DNA of 64,000 bases, from IMG/VR virus record IMGVR_UViG_3300028416_000015. One strand, given 5' to 3'. Position numbers and translations under genes: made by a program. How positions within the stretch are numbered: the first letter of the stretch is position 1; each line of letters starts with the position of its first letter. The notes beneath the pieces were generated by a model. The model was not told where the DNA came from, did not search any database, and worked only from the letters and a program-made list of their open reading frames with translations. Shown here piece by piece: positions 31,260-40,524 of this stretch. Source of the DNA: an uncultured virus (IMG/VR IMGVR_UViG_3300028416_000015) (Duplodnaviria > Heunggongvirae > Uroviricota > Caudoviricetes > Crassvirales).

Positions 31260-32510
31260 CTAAAATAAATGTGTTAGACGGGCTACCTGCCCATATTTTG
31301 GGTGATGAATAAATCCTTCTACTGCTTTTGGAGATATAAAACCGTTACGGCTGTGCCAACCATCTGACCCTGAAGGGCTTCTTAGTGATTCTAAGGTAAC
31401 ACCAGGATGATCTTTTGAGGTTTTGTGGTGGACATGGTGAGTATATATATATCTGTGTTTAGTGTCTCCCCACATTTTAGGGTTCTCAGTAGCTAATAAT
31501 ATTGGAAGGATTGCATTTTTTGCACCATCACCATGAGTAGTTCCTATCATATTATCTCCGTATTGATACACTTTTCTGTGCATTAAATCACAATCAAACG
31601 TAATGTTATCACAATCTTTGTAATAAGTTTGAATTACGTCAGCTAATAAAGTACCTATCATCCAATCATGATTACTTGGATTGTGTACAAAATGTACGTC
31701 AGCTACTTCCAATAATCTATCTAGAACTTCAATATATAACTTCTTCGCTGTAGCGAATGCTGTGTACCAATTAGAATCTACATCTTGAGGTGTGCCTGAA
31801 GTAGTTGTCTTCTTTGGGTTATCTGTATGAAGAATATCATTACCCCCAACAAAGAGAATCTTGTCTATGTTAAACCCAGAAGATTTTTCAATCAATCCTT
31901 CTACACCCTCTCTTACTCTTTTACAAGCAATCTTACTGTTATATGAGTCACCTGTTTCAAAAACTGTAGCTAACTTCTGTATATGTACATCAGCAGGATC
32001 TACTACTAATAAATGTCCGTCTTTACTGTTTCTATCACTCCTAACAATAGTTTTAGGTAAAGTTGATATTTCCTTTATACTTTCAATTAAAGTATCTTTA
32101 AACTCTTGTGATCCATCTGTGTTCCTAACGTCAGAGGAAGCTATATTGTAATAAGCACCTTTACCAGTATGTGTTACAAGCTTATAAGTTTTAACTTGAC
32201 TTAATGGTATATTGTAATACTCACAATACTCATCTATTGACATTATAGTGCCATCCTCTCTTAGTGCAGATAATATAGATTTAGCACCACTTCCATACTG
32301 ATTAGTGTTAGTCTCTGTCACATTCTCTGTGTCCTTGCTTGAGTTTATTATCTTACTAGCCATCGCTCGAAAGGACTCTGTGTATTCAACTCCTTTGTCT
32401 TGGCATAACTTACGAGCAGCCTTCGCTATACTAGAAATATCTTCGTAGTTATTAAAAAGCTCTTCTTCGTTCTCTAGTAAGAACTCTTTTATATTAATCT
32501 TTGTATTCAT
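31260..32510 (-). CDS. calcineurin-like metallophosphoesterase
   Basis: DVH, GND..H, NHD, HGD and H.HH motifs. Confidence 0.8.
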   Translation of the reverse strand: MNTKINIKEFLLENEEELFNNYEDISSIAKAARKLCQDKGVEYTESFRAMASKIINSSKDTENVTETNTNQYGSGAKSILSALREDGTIMSIDEYCEYYNIPLSQVKTYKLVTHTGKGAYYNIASSDVRNTDGSQEFKDTLIESIKEISTLPKTIVRSDRNSKDGHLLVVDPADVHIQKLATVFETGDSYNSKIACKRVREGVEGLIEKSSGFNIDKILFVGGNDILHTDNPKKTTTSGTPQDVDSNWYTAFATAKKLYIEVLDRLLEVADVHFVHNPSNHDWMIGTLLADVIQTYYKDCDNITFDCDLMHRKVYQYGDNMIGTTHGDGAKNAILPILLATENPKMWGDTKHRYIYTHHVHHKTSKDHPGVTLESLRSPSGSDGWHSRNGFISPKAVEGFIHHPKYGQVARLTHLF

Positions 32511-32661
32511 TACAACTTCTTTTTACATCTCTTATTGTCTGTGACAACTTTATACATATTTGGTCTATAACACAAAACTCCCTGTCCATCAGAGCTTCGT
32601 AAAGTTCATCAGTCAGAGAGTTTATTTCTTCCATCGTTGAGTTAACGTAATTTAATTCCAT
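32494..32661 (-). CDS. 55-aa hypothetical protein (not in ORF track)
   Basis: MELNYVNSTMEEINSLTDELYEALMD...; TATCTTTG box at 32674-32681. Confidence 0.55.
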   Translation of the reverse strand: MELNYVNSTMEEINSLTDELYEALMDREFCVIDQICIKLSQTIRDVKRSCNEYKD

Positions 32662-32770
32662 CAGTTTTTATCTCAAAGATAGTAGTTTTTATTTAGATAC
32701 AGTGTATTTTTTATGGATTTTTAATACATTATATTCAATAGTAAACTGATTAAGTTTGTCACGTTTTATA

Positions 32771-33202
32771 CTACTTTTTGTTACTGATCTTATCAGTCGC
32801 TTTAGACTTTCTGGGTCTGCCTGGCTTTCGTTTAACATTTTTAACGGTCTCAGTGTCTCCTTGTATATCAGTCGCTCTTTCTTCAGTTTCAACCTTCTCG
32901 ACAGTGTCAGGTTTATGTCCACTATCGCCAAGAACGTCTTTGATGTAGTTTCTGTAGTGTATTTGTCCATAGCTTTGGTTGTTTGATCTGTTGTCTTTTT
33001 CACTCTCATAATGTTCGTCAGTCTCGAAAGACAACCTAGAGTTTAATTCTCTATCTGCGTTTCTTATTTTAGTTATCAGCATTCGGCTTGTCTTAGCCAT
33101 ATCGTGTCTGAATATCTTGTTATCTACTAGATCCTCTAGGAAGTCTGCCATTACTGGTAGGTGTAGATAAAGTGCTCTTAATTTTTCTTCTAAGCTTAAC
33201 AT
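32771..33202 (-). CDS. hypothetical protein with AT-hook-like KPGRPRK tail
   Basis: ORF track; motif. Confidence 0.6.
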   Translation of the reverse strand: MLSLEEKLRALYLHLPVMADFLEDLVDNKIFRHDMAKTSRMLITKIRNADRELNSRLSFETDEHYESEKDNRSNNQSYGQIHYRNYIKDVLGDSGHKPDTVEKVETEERATDIQGDTETVKNVKRKPGRPRKSKATDKISNKK

Positions 33203-33207
33203 AATTT

Positions 33208-33393
33208 TTATTTTTTTAAGTTTGTTAATTGTTTAAATTCTTCATCACTAATATACCTAACAGAATCCTCTGCAATGTTTAGTGCAATTTTAACTGCATC
33301 TTGTGTTTTAGGTTTTGGATTTCCGTTTAGTCTGCAAATCTTTTTGAAGAAGGCAATTTGTTCTTCATCTAATAATAATGTGTTTTTTACCAT
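33208..33393 (-). CDS. small hypothetical protein, possibly ribbon-helix-helix-like
   Basis: 61 aa; TACATTTG box at 33411-33418. Confidence 0.5.
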   Translation of the reverse strand: MVKNTLLLDEEQIAFFKKICRLNGNPKPKTQDAVKIALNIAEDSVRYISDEEFKQLTNLKK

Positions 33394-33462
33394 GTCTTTA
33401 ATGTTTTAAACAAATGTAGTGATTAATGTTATTACAACAATAGAAAAAGTTGTAATTGTTGT

Positions 33463-33500
33463 AAAATAAAACGCAACTAACTGAAAAACAGTAGTTGCGT
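33463..33500 (-). terminator. intrinsic terminator downstream of the cassette array
   Basis: ACGCAACTACTG-TTTTT-CAGTTAGTTGCGT followed by TTTATTTT on the minus strand. Confidence 0.6.
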
Positions 33501-33528
33501 ATATATAGTTGTTAGCGGTAATACACTA

Positions 33529-33702
33529 CTAACTATTATACATATCATCATATATTCTTTTACTGCAATCTAAGCATTCATATTCTATATACGCATCTGG
33601 GTAGTCTCTATACACCTCTTTTTTGTTCAGGTGCTTACATTTATTAGAAGTAATACCGCTAACAATGTGTAAAATCCATGTTTTTAATTTTTTAAGTAAC
33701 AT
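33529..33702 (-). CDS. 57-aa Cys/His small protein starting inside an attC-like loop (not in ORF track)
   Basis: MLLKKLKTWILHIVSGITSNKCKH...ECLDCSK...NS*. Confidence 0.55.
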   Translation of the reverse strand: MLLKKLKTWILHIVSGITSNKCKHLNKKEVYRDYPDAYIEYECLDCSKRIYDDMYNS

Positions 33703-33791
33703 ATCTACTTGTTTTTAAGGCTATTACTATTTGGTAGTGTCGAGCGTGTGACGAGCAAAAACACGTATCTTACACTCAACGTTATAGGTAA

Positions 33792-34412
33792 TCACTTGTT
33801 AGCTTCATAAAACGCTTTTGCGAACCCTTGACTACACCAACTTCTTATACTCATATCATCATTAATTAAATGCTTTGCCCATTCCATCTCTGGTATTAGT
33901 TCTTTACTTGATTTATGTAATATTGCTAAAGATGGTTTTTTTCTTGTTGGTCTTATATATAATTTTTCATTTTTTGGAACATCTTCCCACTTATTATAAA
34001 CTTTTTCTGGTATATTAAAATCACCCCATAAAGCAGTGTGTTTAGTCCAAGCCGAACCATATTCCCAAGGTTGATATTTAATAGTTGGTTTACCTAAAAA
34101 TTTATGTAAATCACCTTTAGCAGGGTTTTCTATTACCCAAAATTTAGGTTTACATTGTTTTATTATTCTTAAACAATGATTAACTAAAAACATTCCTTTT
34201 TCATAATTTTTTTTATCTTCACTTCTTCCTTGTATATTACTAAATTCAGTACATACTGGATTAGCTATAATTCCATAAACATTGTCTGGTGGTGTATAGT
34301 TTTCTACACCAATATCAATACCTATCTTTATAACTTCATAATTATTATCTAATTGATAATATCTACTATCACTTCCTATATCTGCACATAAATGCAGTAT
34401 TATTTTTTTCAT
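33792..34412 (-). CDS. C5 cytosine DNA methyltransferase-like protein
   Basis: ANPVC.EFS (motif IV-like) and WVIENP (motif VI); degenerate motif I; likely start MKKIILHLCAD. Confidence 0.65.
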   Translation of the reverse strand: MKKIILHLCADIGSDSRYYQLDNNYEVIKIGIDIGVENYTPPDNVYGIIANPVCTEFSNIQGRSEDKKNYEKGMFLVNHCLRIIKQCKPKFWVIENPAKGDLHKFLGKPTIKYQPWEYGSAWTKHTALWGDFNIPEKVYNKWEDVPKNEKLYIRPTRKKPSLAILHKSSKELIPEMEWAKHLINDDMSIRSWCSQGFAKAFYEANK

Positions 34413-34478
34413 ATCTTTATTATTAAATAACCTATAACACATTATAAAATTCATTAAAACGAAATTTTATAATTCACG

Positions 34479-34664
34479 TTATATGCAATACTCATTGTAA
34501 GTAATCAACCAACCACTATTGTTATACCATTCAATTAACTCTACTCTTTCTTTTTTAGTAATTGTAATATAAATCATTTTAAATTCACCATTAGGAAAGT
34601 TAACTCTATAACAGTCGTTAATTGTATTATCTTCTTCAAAATCAATATCTCTTATGTACTGCAT
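34479..34664 (-). CDS. hypothetical cassette protein
   Basis: ATG and TAA both lie inside the cassette terminal repeats. Confidence 0.65.
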   Translation of the reverse strand: MQYIRDIDFEEDNTINDCYRVNFPNGEFKMIYITITKKERVELIEWYNNSGWLITYNEYCI

Positions 34665-34714
34665 ATAACATTATTTAAAAATCATTGAAACGCTTTTTAC
34701 ATTTAGCGTTAGCT

Positions 34715-35140
34715 TTATTGTTTCAACTGCTTTATCGCAAAATTTGCGTAGTCTATAATTTTTCTAAAGTCATCTTCATCTTGACCTTTTTTTCTCCAAT
34801 TGTACTTATCTATGTTGAACCTAACACAAGCCAACAACTCTTCCTTAGTCATGTTAGCCTCAGATCTCTCGAAAGTGTCGATTCCGATATTGTATTGATG
34901 TGGTTTGGTAGATGGCTCTTCTTTAATTTTAAATATTCTACTATTTGCATCTGAGAACTCAAATAAAGGTCCATTGGGTAATTCTGCCTTTACAGTAAAA
35001 CTATCTATGCCTACTGTAATTACTTCATATTCTTTACCTTCAATAATGGCAAATTGATTATTATCCATGATACAATCATCTACTGCAATCAACTTTGTAC
35101 CTACTTTTATTTCACTTATACTCTTTCCATTCTCCATCAT
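34715..35140 (-). CDS. protein with C-terminal DUF3310-like domain
   Basis: P..Y..GID......F...NI.KY.WR.K.Q..DD..K...Y pattern. Confidence 0.55.
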   Translation of the reverse strand: MMENGKSISEIKVGTKLIAVDDCIMDNNQFAIIEGKEYEVITVGIDSFTVKAELPNGPLFEFSDANSRIFKIKEEPSTKPHQYNIGIDTFERSEANMTKEELLACVRFNIDKYNWRKKGQDEDDFRKIIDYANFAIKQLKQ

Positions 35141-35369
35141 ATAACTTTGTTTTAATTCCTAATTTACTTAACTCATCAGCTCTGTAGACCTGAAGTGGTC
35201 TTAGCTTCTTTCCTTTCTGTTTAACCTCTACAAATAACACATCGCTATTCTTAGGGATAGCTATCAAGTCTGCAATACCATTTTTATTTGTAGATATTAG
35301 CTTAATCACATAATAATTATCCTTCTCTAACTCTTTAATACATTTTGATTGTATTTTACTTTCTAACAT
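35112..35369 (-). CDS. VRR-NUC (PD-(D/E)xK) nuclease
   Basis: E..IQ...GIADL...FVEVK....L.PLQ; start MLESKIQ. Confidence 0.85.
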   Translation of the reverse strand: MLESKIQSKCIKELEKDNYYVIKLISTNKNGIADLIAIPKNSDVLFVEVKQKGKKLRPLQVYRADELSKLGIKTKLYDGEWKEYK

Positions 35370-36594
35370 TATAATCCTTTTTAAAAATGTTAACTGTGTA
35401 TTTCTTTTTCTTCTGGACCACCTTATAGATATTCTCCTCAAGACCACCCTCAGCAAATACCCAATACACTTTATTCACTAACCTATCCTTTGTAGTCAAT
35501 CTATCTCTAGCTTGAAAGTAGCTGACTGCAGAGTGCTGTATGTTATACATTACCAGGCAATCAGCCTTACTTAAGTTGATACCCTCTCTCGAACTAACAA
35601 CCTGACCAACAAAGTGTTTGTCTGTAGAATTAAATTCATCTATGTCGTTAGTGACATTATCTTCACCAAATACTTGAGTCAATAAATTCAGCTCCTCTTT
35701 GAACACATAGATTATAGCTAACTTTTTACCAGAGAATCTCTCCTTTATAAACTCAGCCTTAGTTGTATCTATAATCATAGAGTTGCCTGACTCAAACTTT
35801 ATTGTACCACTTGATAGTTGGTGTATCTTCTGCATTAACTTAGCTGCTGTATCTGCAAGAACAACTTCACTCTCACCATTTATGACTAAATCCTCTTTTA
35901 TCTTCTTAATTAATCCGTAAGTTACAGGTTTCATTTTAACTTTCAAAACTTCTTCGTCTATAGATGTAGAAAAACCTGCTTCTTCTTGAGTAAGCTTAAT
36001 AATCAAATGACTTATATCGCCCATTATCTTGTCCTCTAATCCACCTGAATAGTCGTTGTGAAGACGTTGACCTATACGTTTCTGCTTAAGCATTACATAA
36101 TCATTAGCCCATTTATAGAAATTAGTGTATCTACTCCATGGTGAATACATCGACACCCACATCTGATGATAGAACTGACTGTAAGACTCTGGGCTCATCG
36201 TTCCAGATAATAGTATCATTGGTTTAGATGAGAACCTAGCCTTTAAATCTTTAGCCATCTTACAAGGCTTAGGGAAAGAACCTAGTCTGTGTGACTCATC
36301 CATAACAATAAGATCAAAATCATTATCCTCAAGCTTATGTAGTGATTCATTGTTTATTACAATAAGATCAAACTTATTATCATAACCGAAATTAGAGTAG
36401 TCGCTAACAATACTAGGTATAGCTTTCTTTTTAGTCAAAAACAATACCTTTTTAGCGTTATAAAGACTGCAAGTGTTTAGAGCCATTAATGTTTTTCCGA
36501 CTCTCACTTCGCAAGACAAAGCAACTAAATTAAATTCTCTGAGTATTTTAACAGCCCTATTAGATACATCTATTTGATAATCACGCAGTTTCAT
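35356..36594 (-). CDS. SF2 (SNF2-like) helicase
   Basis: LRDYQ, VGKT, DESH, LSGT, EGINL and Q.RDR motifs. Confidence 0.85.
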   Translation of the reverse strand: MKLRDYQIDVSNRAVKILREFNLVALSCEVRVGKTLMALNTCSLYNAKKVLFLTKKKAIPSIVSDYSNFGYDNKFDLIVINNESLHKLEDNDFDLIVMDESHRLGSFPKPCKMAKDLKARFSSKPMILLSGTMSPESYSQFYHQMWVSMYSPWSRYTNFYKWANDYVMLKQKRIGQRLHNDYSGGLEDKIMGDISHLIIKLTQEEAGFSTSIDEEVLKVKMKPVTYGLIKKIKEDLVINGESEVVLADTAAKLMQKIHQLSSGTIKFESGNSMIIDTTKAEFIKERFSGKKLAIIYVFKEELNLLTQVFGEDNVTNDIDEFNSTDKHFVGQVVSSREGINLSKADCLVMYNIQHSAVSYFQARDRLTTKDRLVNKVYWVFAEGGLEENIYKVVQKKKKYTVNIFKKDYNVRK

Positions 36595-38972
36595 ATCTTT
36601 AAACTATTTTGTGTTGGTACATATCTTTCAAATTTTACGCATCTAGCATTTATAGATGAGTCTCTCTCTTCTGTTGGCTTCTGACCATAAGCAAAGTCTC
36701 CCCAAGCATAAAGCCAATGCCTGAACTTTATAATAGGCATACTATACTTACCTCTAGGACCAAAATCAGGATTATCTTGACCAAACTGAGTGTATATCTC
36801 ATTTATGGTGTAACAACCACCCACCTTAGTGTATTTGTTCTGTGGATCTTTAGCCCATTCATAGAAATCATGGTGAGTTTGAGCAATAAATTTACGCTCC
36901 TCAAGATTCTTAAACTTACTTTTCCTTAGACCATACTTAAGGTACATCTGTAAATTACCTATCATATAGCTATCAAATTTGTTCCACTCTTCTTTAGACC
37001 AATCGCTAAATAAGTAGTGACCAAACTCATCCTCTGGAGTAAAGTTCTTACTGTAATACTGACTAAACTCTAGCTCCCACTTACGTCTCTCGAATGAATT
37101 ACCTACACCTTTTATGGCATAGTTGGTAGTGATTACTGTCTTAGGAGAACGTTCAAATGGTATGTATATCTCATCCTTGTTCTTCTTCTCTAGGGTTATA
37201 CCCTCAGTAATAATAGAGAACAACTTCTCAAAGTCAAACCCTTTATTAACATCATCGAATACAAGTAACTGAGTATCAGCAGATACACGTTGGTAAGGAA
37301 ATGATTTTGTAAAACTGAACGTCTTACCATCAATATTTACTTTCCTTTTCATGTGACCAATAGCCGACACAAACATACCTTTACCTGTACCACCTTCTGG
37401 ATTGTCACTTATCACCTCATCATTTATAATGACTGCTGGACAATACCCACTTGGCTTATAACTATGTAACAAAAAACCTATAGTACTCTCTATAGAATTA
37501 ATACGCTCCTCATCTCCTCCTCCTACATTATTAATAAATTTCCTGTACTCAGAGTCAGAGCTATCGACTAATTTAAAGTCACGATCAATCTTTTGATTAT
37601 CCCATACTAATCCTTTCACACTCATATAGTCTAAGGTTTCTATACCTTTCGCTGTAACCTTAACTACACAGTTGTTGTAGTAAAGATAAGCTTCTTCTTT
37701 TGTGTCTCTCATAATACTTGGTTCTACTCTATCTAAGAAAGACAAATGGTCCTCCTTAAACAGTTTTGTTTTATCAGCGAAGTAATTATAAATAGATAAG
37801 TCATCCATACCATAAAGGTCATCTAATGTCGAATCTTTAATATTATCATCTGTCGCATCACTTATTATATTATTATTAATATTAACAAATACGAAGTTCT
37901 TACCTCCTTCAACATAATACTTAAAGAATCCTTTTGACTGTAGGTATTCTTTGTACAAGTGGTTAACGTGCTTAACTTCTCCTCTACTGTTCTTCATCCA
38001 GAAATTAGAATCAGATGAATTAGAGCTCACAACAGACTCAATCTGTTCTGTTGGCACATCTTTATGTAATTGTATTATATCTTCTTTAGGTACTCCCTTA
38101 CGCACCATCTCGTTAATGCTATCAATCTTTTTATCGTCTTCGTAGAACTTAGTTCCAAACTTAGCGATGTCCTTGTAAGCTGAGTCTATTATTGTTCTTA
38201 TTTCATTAATAGGAAAGTCTTCAGAAGAAAACTCCGACAACTTAGTAACTGCATCAATCTTATCAACGCCATACTCATTAAAAGCTGATGCTAATATGAA
38301 TACATTGTTACTCCTTTGCCCAGGTATTAAACCAAACTTACCATCCCACCATTTCATTAAACGTCTAATAACCTCGTTATTATCATCCAACTTAATAGTA
38401 GGTCGAGATGTATTAACGTCAAACGTCTGATGCTCCTCTACAAGAATTTCGTTCCACTCTTCACTCTCATAGTTTACATAAACCTCAGGATCATAAGACT
38501 CATAACATACTCTTGATATATTTTTTGAAGTTATATCAAACTCCTTGCAATCGTAATACTTCTCTAGCGATAGGAAGTAATTCTTATGGTTCTTAACGTC
38601 TTTTGGTATCTTCACTAATACTTTCATACCATCACCTGATGGAGATGTAAATACAGCGAATGAATATTTGTCATTACAAAATTTGTGTCGTGCGTTAAGC
38701 ATATCCCATTCATCATCATAACCATCAAAGTCAATACAGATGAACCCAGAGTGCTCTAATATTGAGTTGTCAGATCTTTTATTGAATTTTCCTGAGAAAC
38801 AAATTGCAGGTAAACCTTTCTTAATTTCATTTCTTTTAGTCTTGTCTTTTTCATTTCTTACCTTCTCAACAATATTTTTTGAAGCACCATTCCTTATTCT
38901 ATCTATAGCCTTTTCAACAGTTACGAAGAAAGGTTGTCCAGTCTTTTGGACAGATTCAAAATATGTTATCAT
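36591..38972 (-). CDS. primase-helicase (VirE/BT4734-like primase + PriCT + P-loop helicase)
   Basis: SGFICIDFD, F.SPSGDG.K, G.R.N..F, GGTGKG and FDD motifs. Confidence 0.85.
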   Translation of the reverse strand: MITYFESVQKTGQPFFVTVEKAIDRIRNGASKNIVEKVRNEKDKTKRNEIKKGLPAICFSGKFNKRSDNSILEHSGFICIDFDGYDDEWDMLNARHKFCNDKYSFAVFTSPSGDGMKVLVKIPKDVKNHKNYFLSLEKYYDCKEFDITSKNISRVCYESYDPEVYVNYESEEWNEILVEEHQTFDVNTSRPTIKLDDNNEVIRRLMKWWDGKFGLIPGQRSNNVFILASAFNEYGVDKIDAVTKLSEFSSEDFPINEIRTIIDSAYKDIAKFGTKFYEDDKKIDSINEMVRKGVPKEDIIQLHKDVPTEQIESVVSSNSSDSNFWMKNSRGEVKHVNHLYKEYLQSKGFFKYYVEGGKNFVFVNINNNIISDATDDNIKDSTLDDLYGMDDLSIYNYFADKTKLFKEDHLSFLDRVEPSIMRDTKEEAYLYYNNCVVKVTAKGIETLDYMSVKGLVWDNQKIDRDFKLVDSSDSEYRKFINNVGGGDEERINSIESTIGFLLHSYKPSGYCPAVIINDEVISDNPEGGTGKGMFVSAIGHMKRKVNIDGKTFSFTKSFPYQRVSADTQLLVFDDVNKGFDFEKLFSIITEGITLEKKNKDEIYIPFERSPKTVITTNYAIKGVGNSFERRKWELEFSQYYSKNFTPEDEFGHYLFSDWSKEEWNKFDSYMIGNLQMYLKYGLRKSKFKNLEERKFIAQTHHDFYEWAKDPQNKYTKVGGCYTINEIYTQFGQDNPDFGPRGKYSMPIIKFRHWLYAWGDFAYGQKPTEERDSSINARCVKFERYVPTQNSLKI

Positions 38973-38984
38973 GCTATTTGAGAT

Positions 38985-39009
38985 TAAAAGAGGGGCTATT
39001 AACCCCTCG
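38985..39009 (-). terminator. intrinsic terminator after the SSB gene
   Basis: GAGGGG-TTAATAG-CCCCTC followed by TTTT on the minus strand. Confidence 0.6.
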
Positions 39010-39032
39010 TAAATATATTATTTCAGTAATTA

Positions 39033-39386
39033 TTAAAATGGTAGAGGATCACCATCCTCTCCTTCTGTATCTACTGGAGTTGGAGCTGGAGTTGGAGTTG
39101 ATCCTCCTACTGCATCTATCTTCCAACCTTCTAAAGTGTTGAAGAATTTAGTCTCTCCTTTAGGACTCTCCCATCTTCTACCTCTAAGATTAAAAGAAAT
39201 CTCAACCTCTTGACCCTCTCCAAAACTATCAAGTAAGTCGCACTTATCTTGAGTAAATTGGAACATTACTTCTTGTGGATACTTCTCTCCATCATCTGTT
39301 AAGACTACCTCTCTTTTAGCAAATTTATCACTAATTTGTTGTTTCTCTCCTATCATTACGATAGTTCCTTGCATTTTGTAACTCAT
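39033..39386 (-). CDS. single-stranded DNA-binding protein (DUF3127-like)
   Basis: F.KRE.V...YPQ...FNLRGR.W...FN.L.GWKI and acidic D.LPF tail. Confidence 0.85.
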   Translation of the reverse strand: MSYKMQGTIVMIGEKQQISDKFAKREVVLTDDGEKYPQEVMFQFTQDKCDLLDSFGEGQEVEISFNLRGRRWESPKGETKFFNTLEGWKIDAVGGSTPTPAPTPVDTEGEDGDPLPF

Positions 39387-39388
39387 AC

Positions 39389-39799
39389 TTATTTATTTAA
39401 TTGTTGTTTTAACTCTTCTAATTCTTGTTCTAACTGTTCTATTTTTTCTTCTACTTCGTTAATTGGTTTCATTTGTACATATCCTCTAGCTATAATGTTT
39501 GATCTACCTTCCAAATATCCTGTTTCATCATCAAACTCCACAACTACATATCTTTTGAAAAATTGCTCTCCTAAGTCATGTAATAAAATTCTTTTTTTCC
39601 ATTCTTCGCTTTTAAAATCTTTTACCATTACATATTTAGGCTCTTTAACTTCTTCGAATGAGAATTTCGGTTTAAGACGCTCATACCCAACATCATCTTT
39701 AAAATAATAATATTCATTACTACTATCTTCTATAACATTATAAACTTTACCTGATGTCATGTCTATATCTTCGCTGCCTATGTATCTTCCTTTCTTCAT
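39389..39799 (-). CDS. hypothetical protein
   Basis: ORF track; operon coupling. Confidence 0.7.
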   Translation of the reverse strand: MKKGRYIGSEDIDMTSGKVYNVIEDSSNEYYYFKDDVGYERLKPKFSFEEVKEPKYVMVKDFKSEEWKKRILLHDLGEQFFKRYVVVEFDDETGYLEGRSNIIARGYVQMKPINEVEEKIEQLEQELEELKQQLNK

Positions 39800-40524
39800 T
39801 TACTCTCTAATTTCAATTTATACTCATCATAATACTTAGCTGCTGCATCAATACGTCCTTTCATAAACTTCTTGTCTGCATCAGTTAACTCTACATCTAC
39901 TATCGTCACTCTCATTCGGTCATCCAAATGCTCTACATAATGTAAAGTGTCATCATCCCATTCGTTTAATAACCCCTCTGGTGTATTCACTAAACAGTAA
40001 GCAATCTGACCTTTAGACCAACCTAACATCATTAAGTATGTCTTTACTTGCCACTCGTATGTGCTGTTCTTAGCTTGTTCTGGTAGCTTTGGAAAGGTTT
40101 TCTTAGACCAACTAGACTTGATGTCTATAATCATCTCAGAAGATTCATCCAAAATGTCGGGATGACCAGATACATTATCCATCTGTAAAGACATCTCTGA
40201 CTTCTGATAGTCAGTAAAGAACACTCGGTTGTAAAGATGGATACTCTCATCCTCGACTAACGTTCCTTTCTCCATCTCCTTACTTGAGATAATATCGTCA
40301 TACCCATAGACCTCTTTCTCTACTAACCCTTCTACATAAGACTTCGCTCCTTGAGGTAGATCAATAGGTGCATCTCTCTTAGCAATCAACTCATCTCTAG
40401 TCTCTGCCTGTTTTTCTGTTAGCTTAATCTTAGCTAACAAATCATTCAACTTATCTGACTGCTTATCTGTTAAGCCATCAGTACCTGTGAAAAGTGCTCC
40501 TACACTACTTGCTCTAAATTTCAT
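39796..40524 (-). CDS. YqaJ/lambda-exonuclease-like nuclease
   Basis: RASS, M.KG..VE, G.PD, IDIK and Y.WQV..Y motifs. Confidence 0.8.
   Translation of the reverse strand: MKFRASSVGALFTGTDGLTDKQSDKLNDLLAKIKLTEKQAETRDELIAKRDAPIDLPQGAKSYVEGLVEKEVYGYDDIISSKEMEKGTLVEDESIHLYNRVFFTDYQKSEMSLQMDNVSGHPDILDESSEMIIDIKSSWSKKTFPKLPEQAKNSTYEWQVKTYLMMLGWSKGQIAYCLVNTPEGLLNEWDDDTLHYVEHLDDRMRVTIVDVELTDADKKFMKGRIDAAAKYYDEYKLKLESK

Larger units (their letters stand above)
33511..34717. mobile_element. array of three integron-like cassettes with attC-like sites; no integrase in window
   Basis: Each unit is bounded by perfect GTTA.../...TAAC inverted ends, and units are separated by imperfect hairpins at 33657-33787, 34432-34484 and 34663-34714. 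Confidence 0.7.

Noticed and set aside
33511..34717. CRISPR array
   Set aside because: The repeats are non-identical hairpins separated by gene-sized units; no cas genes
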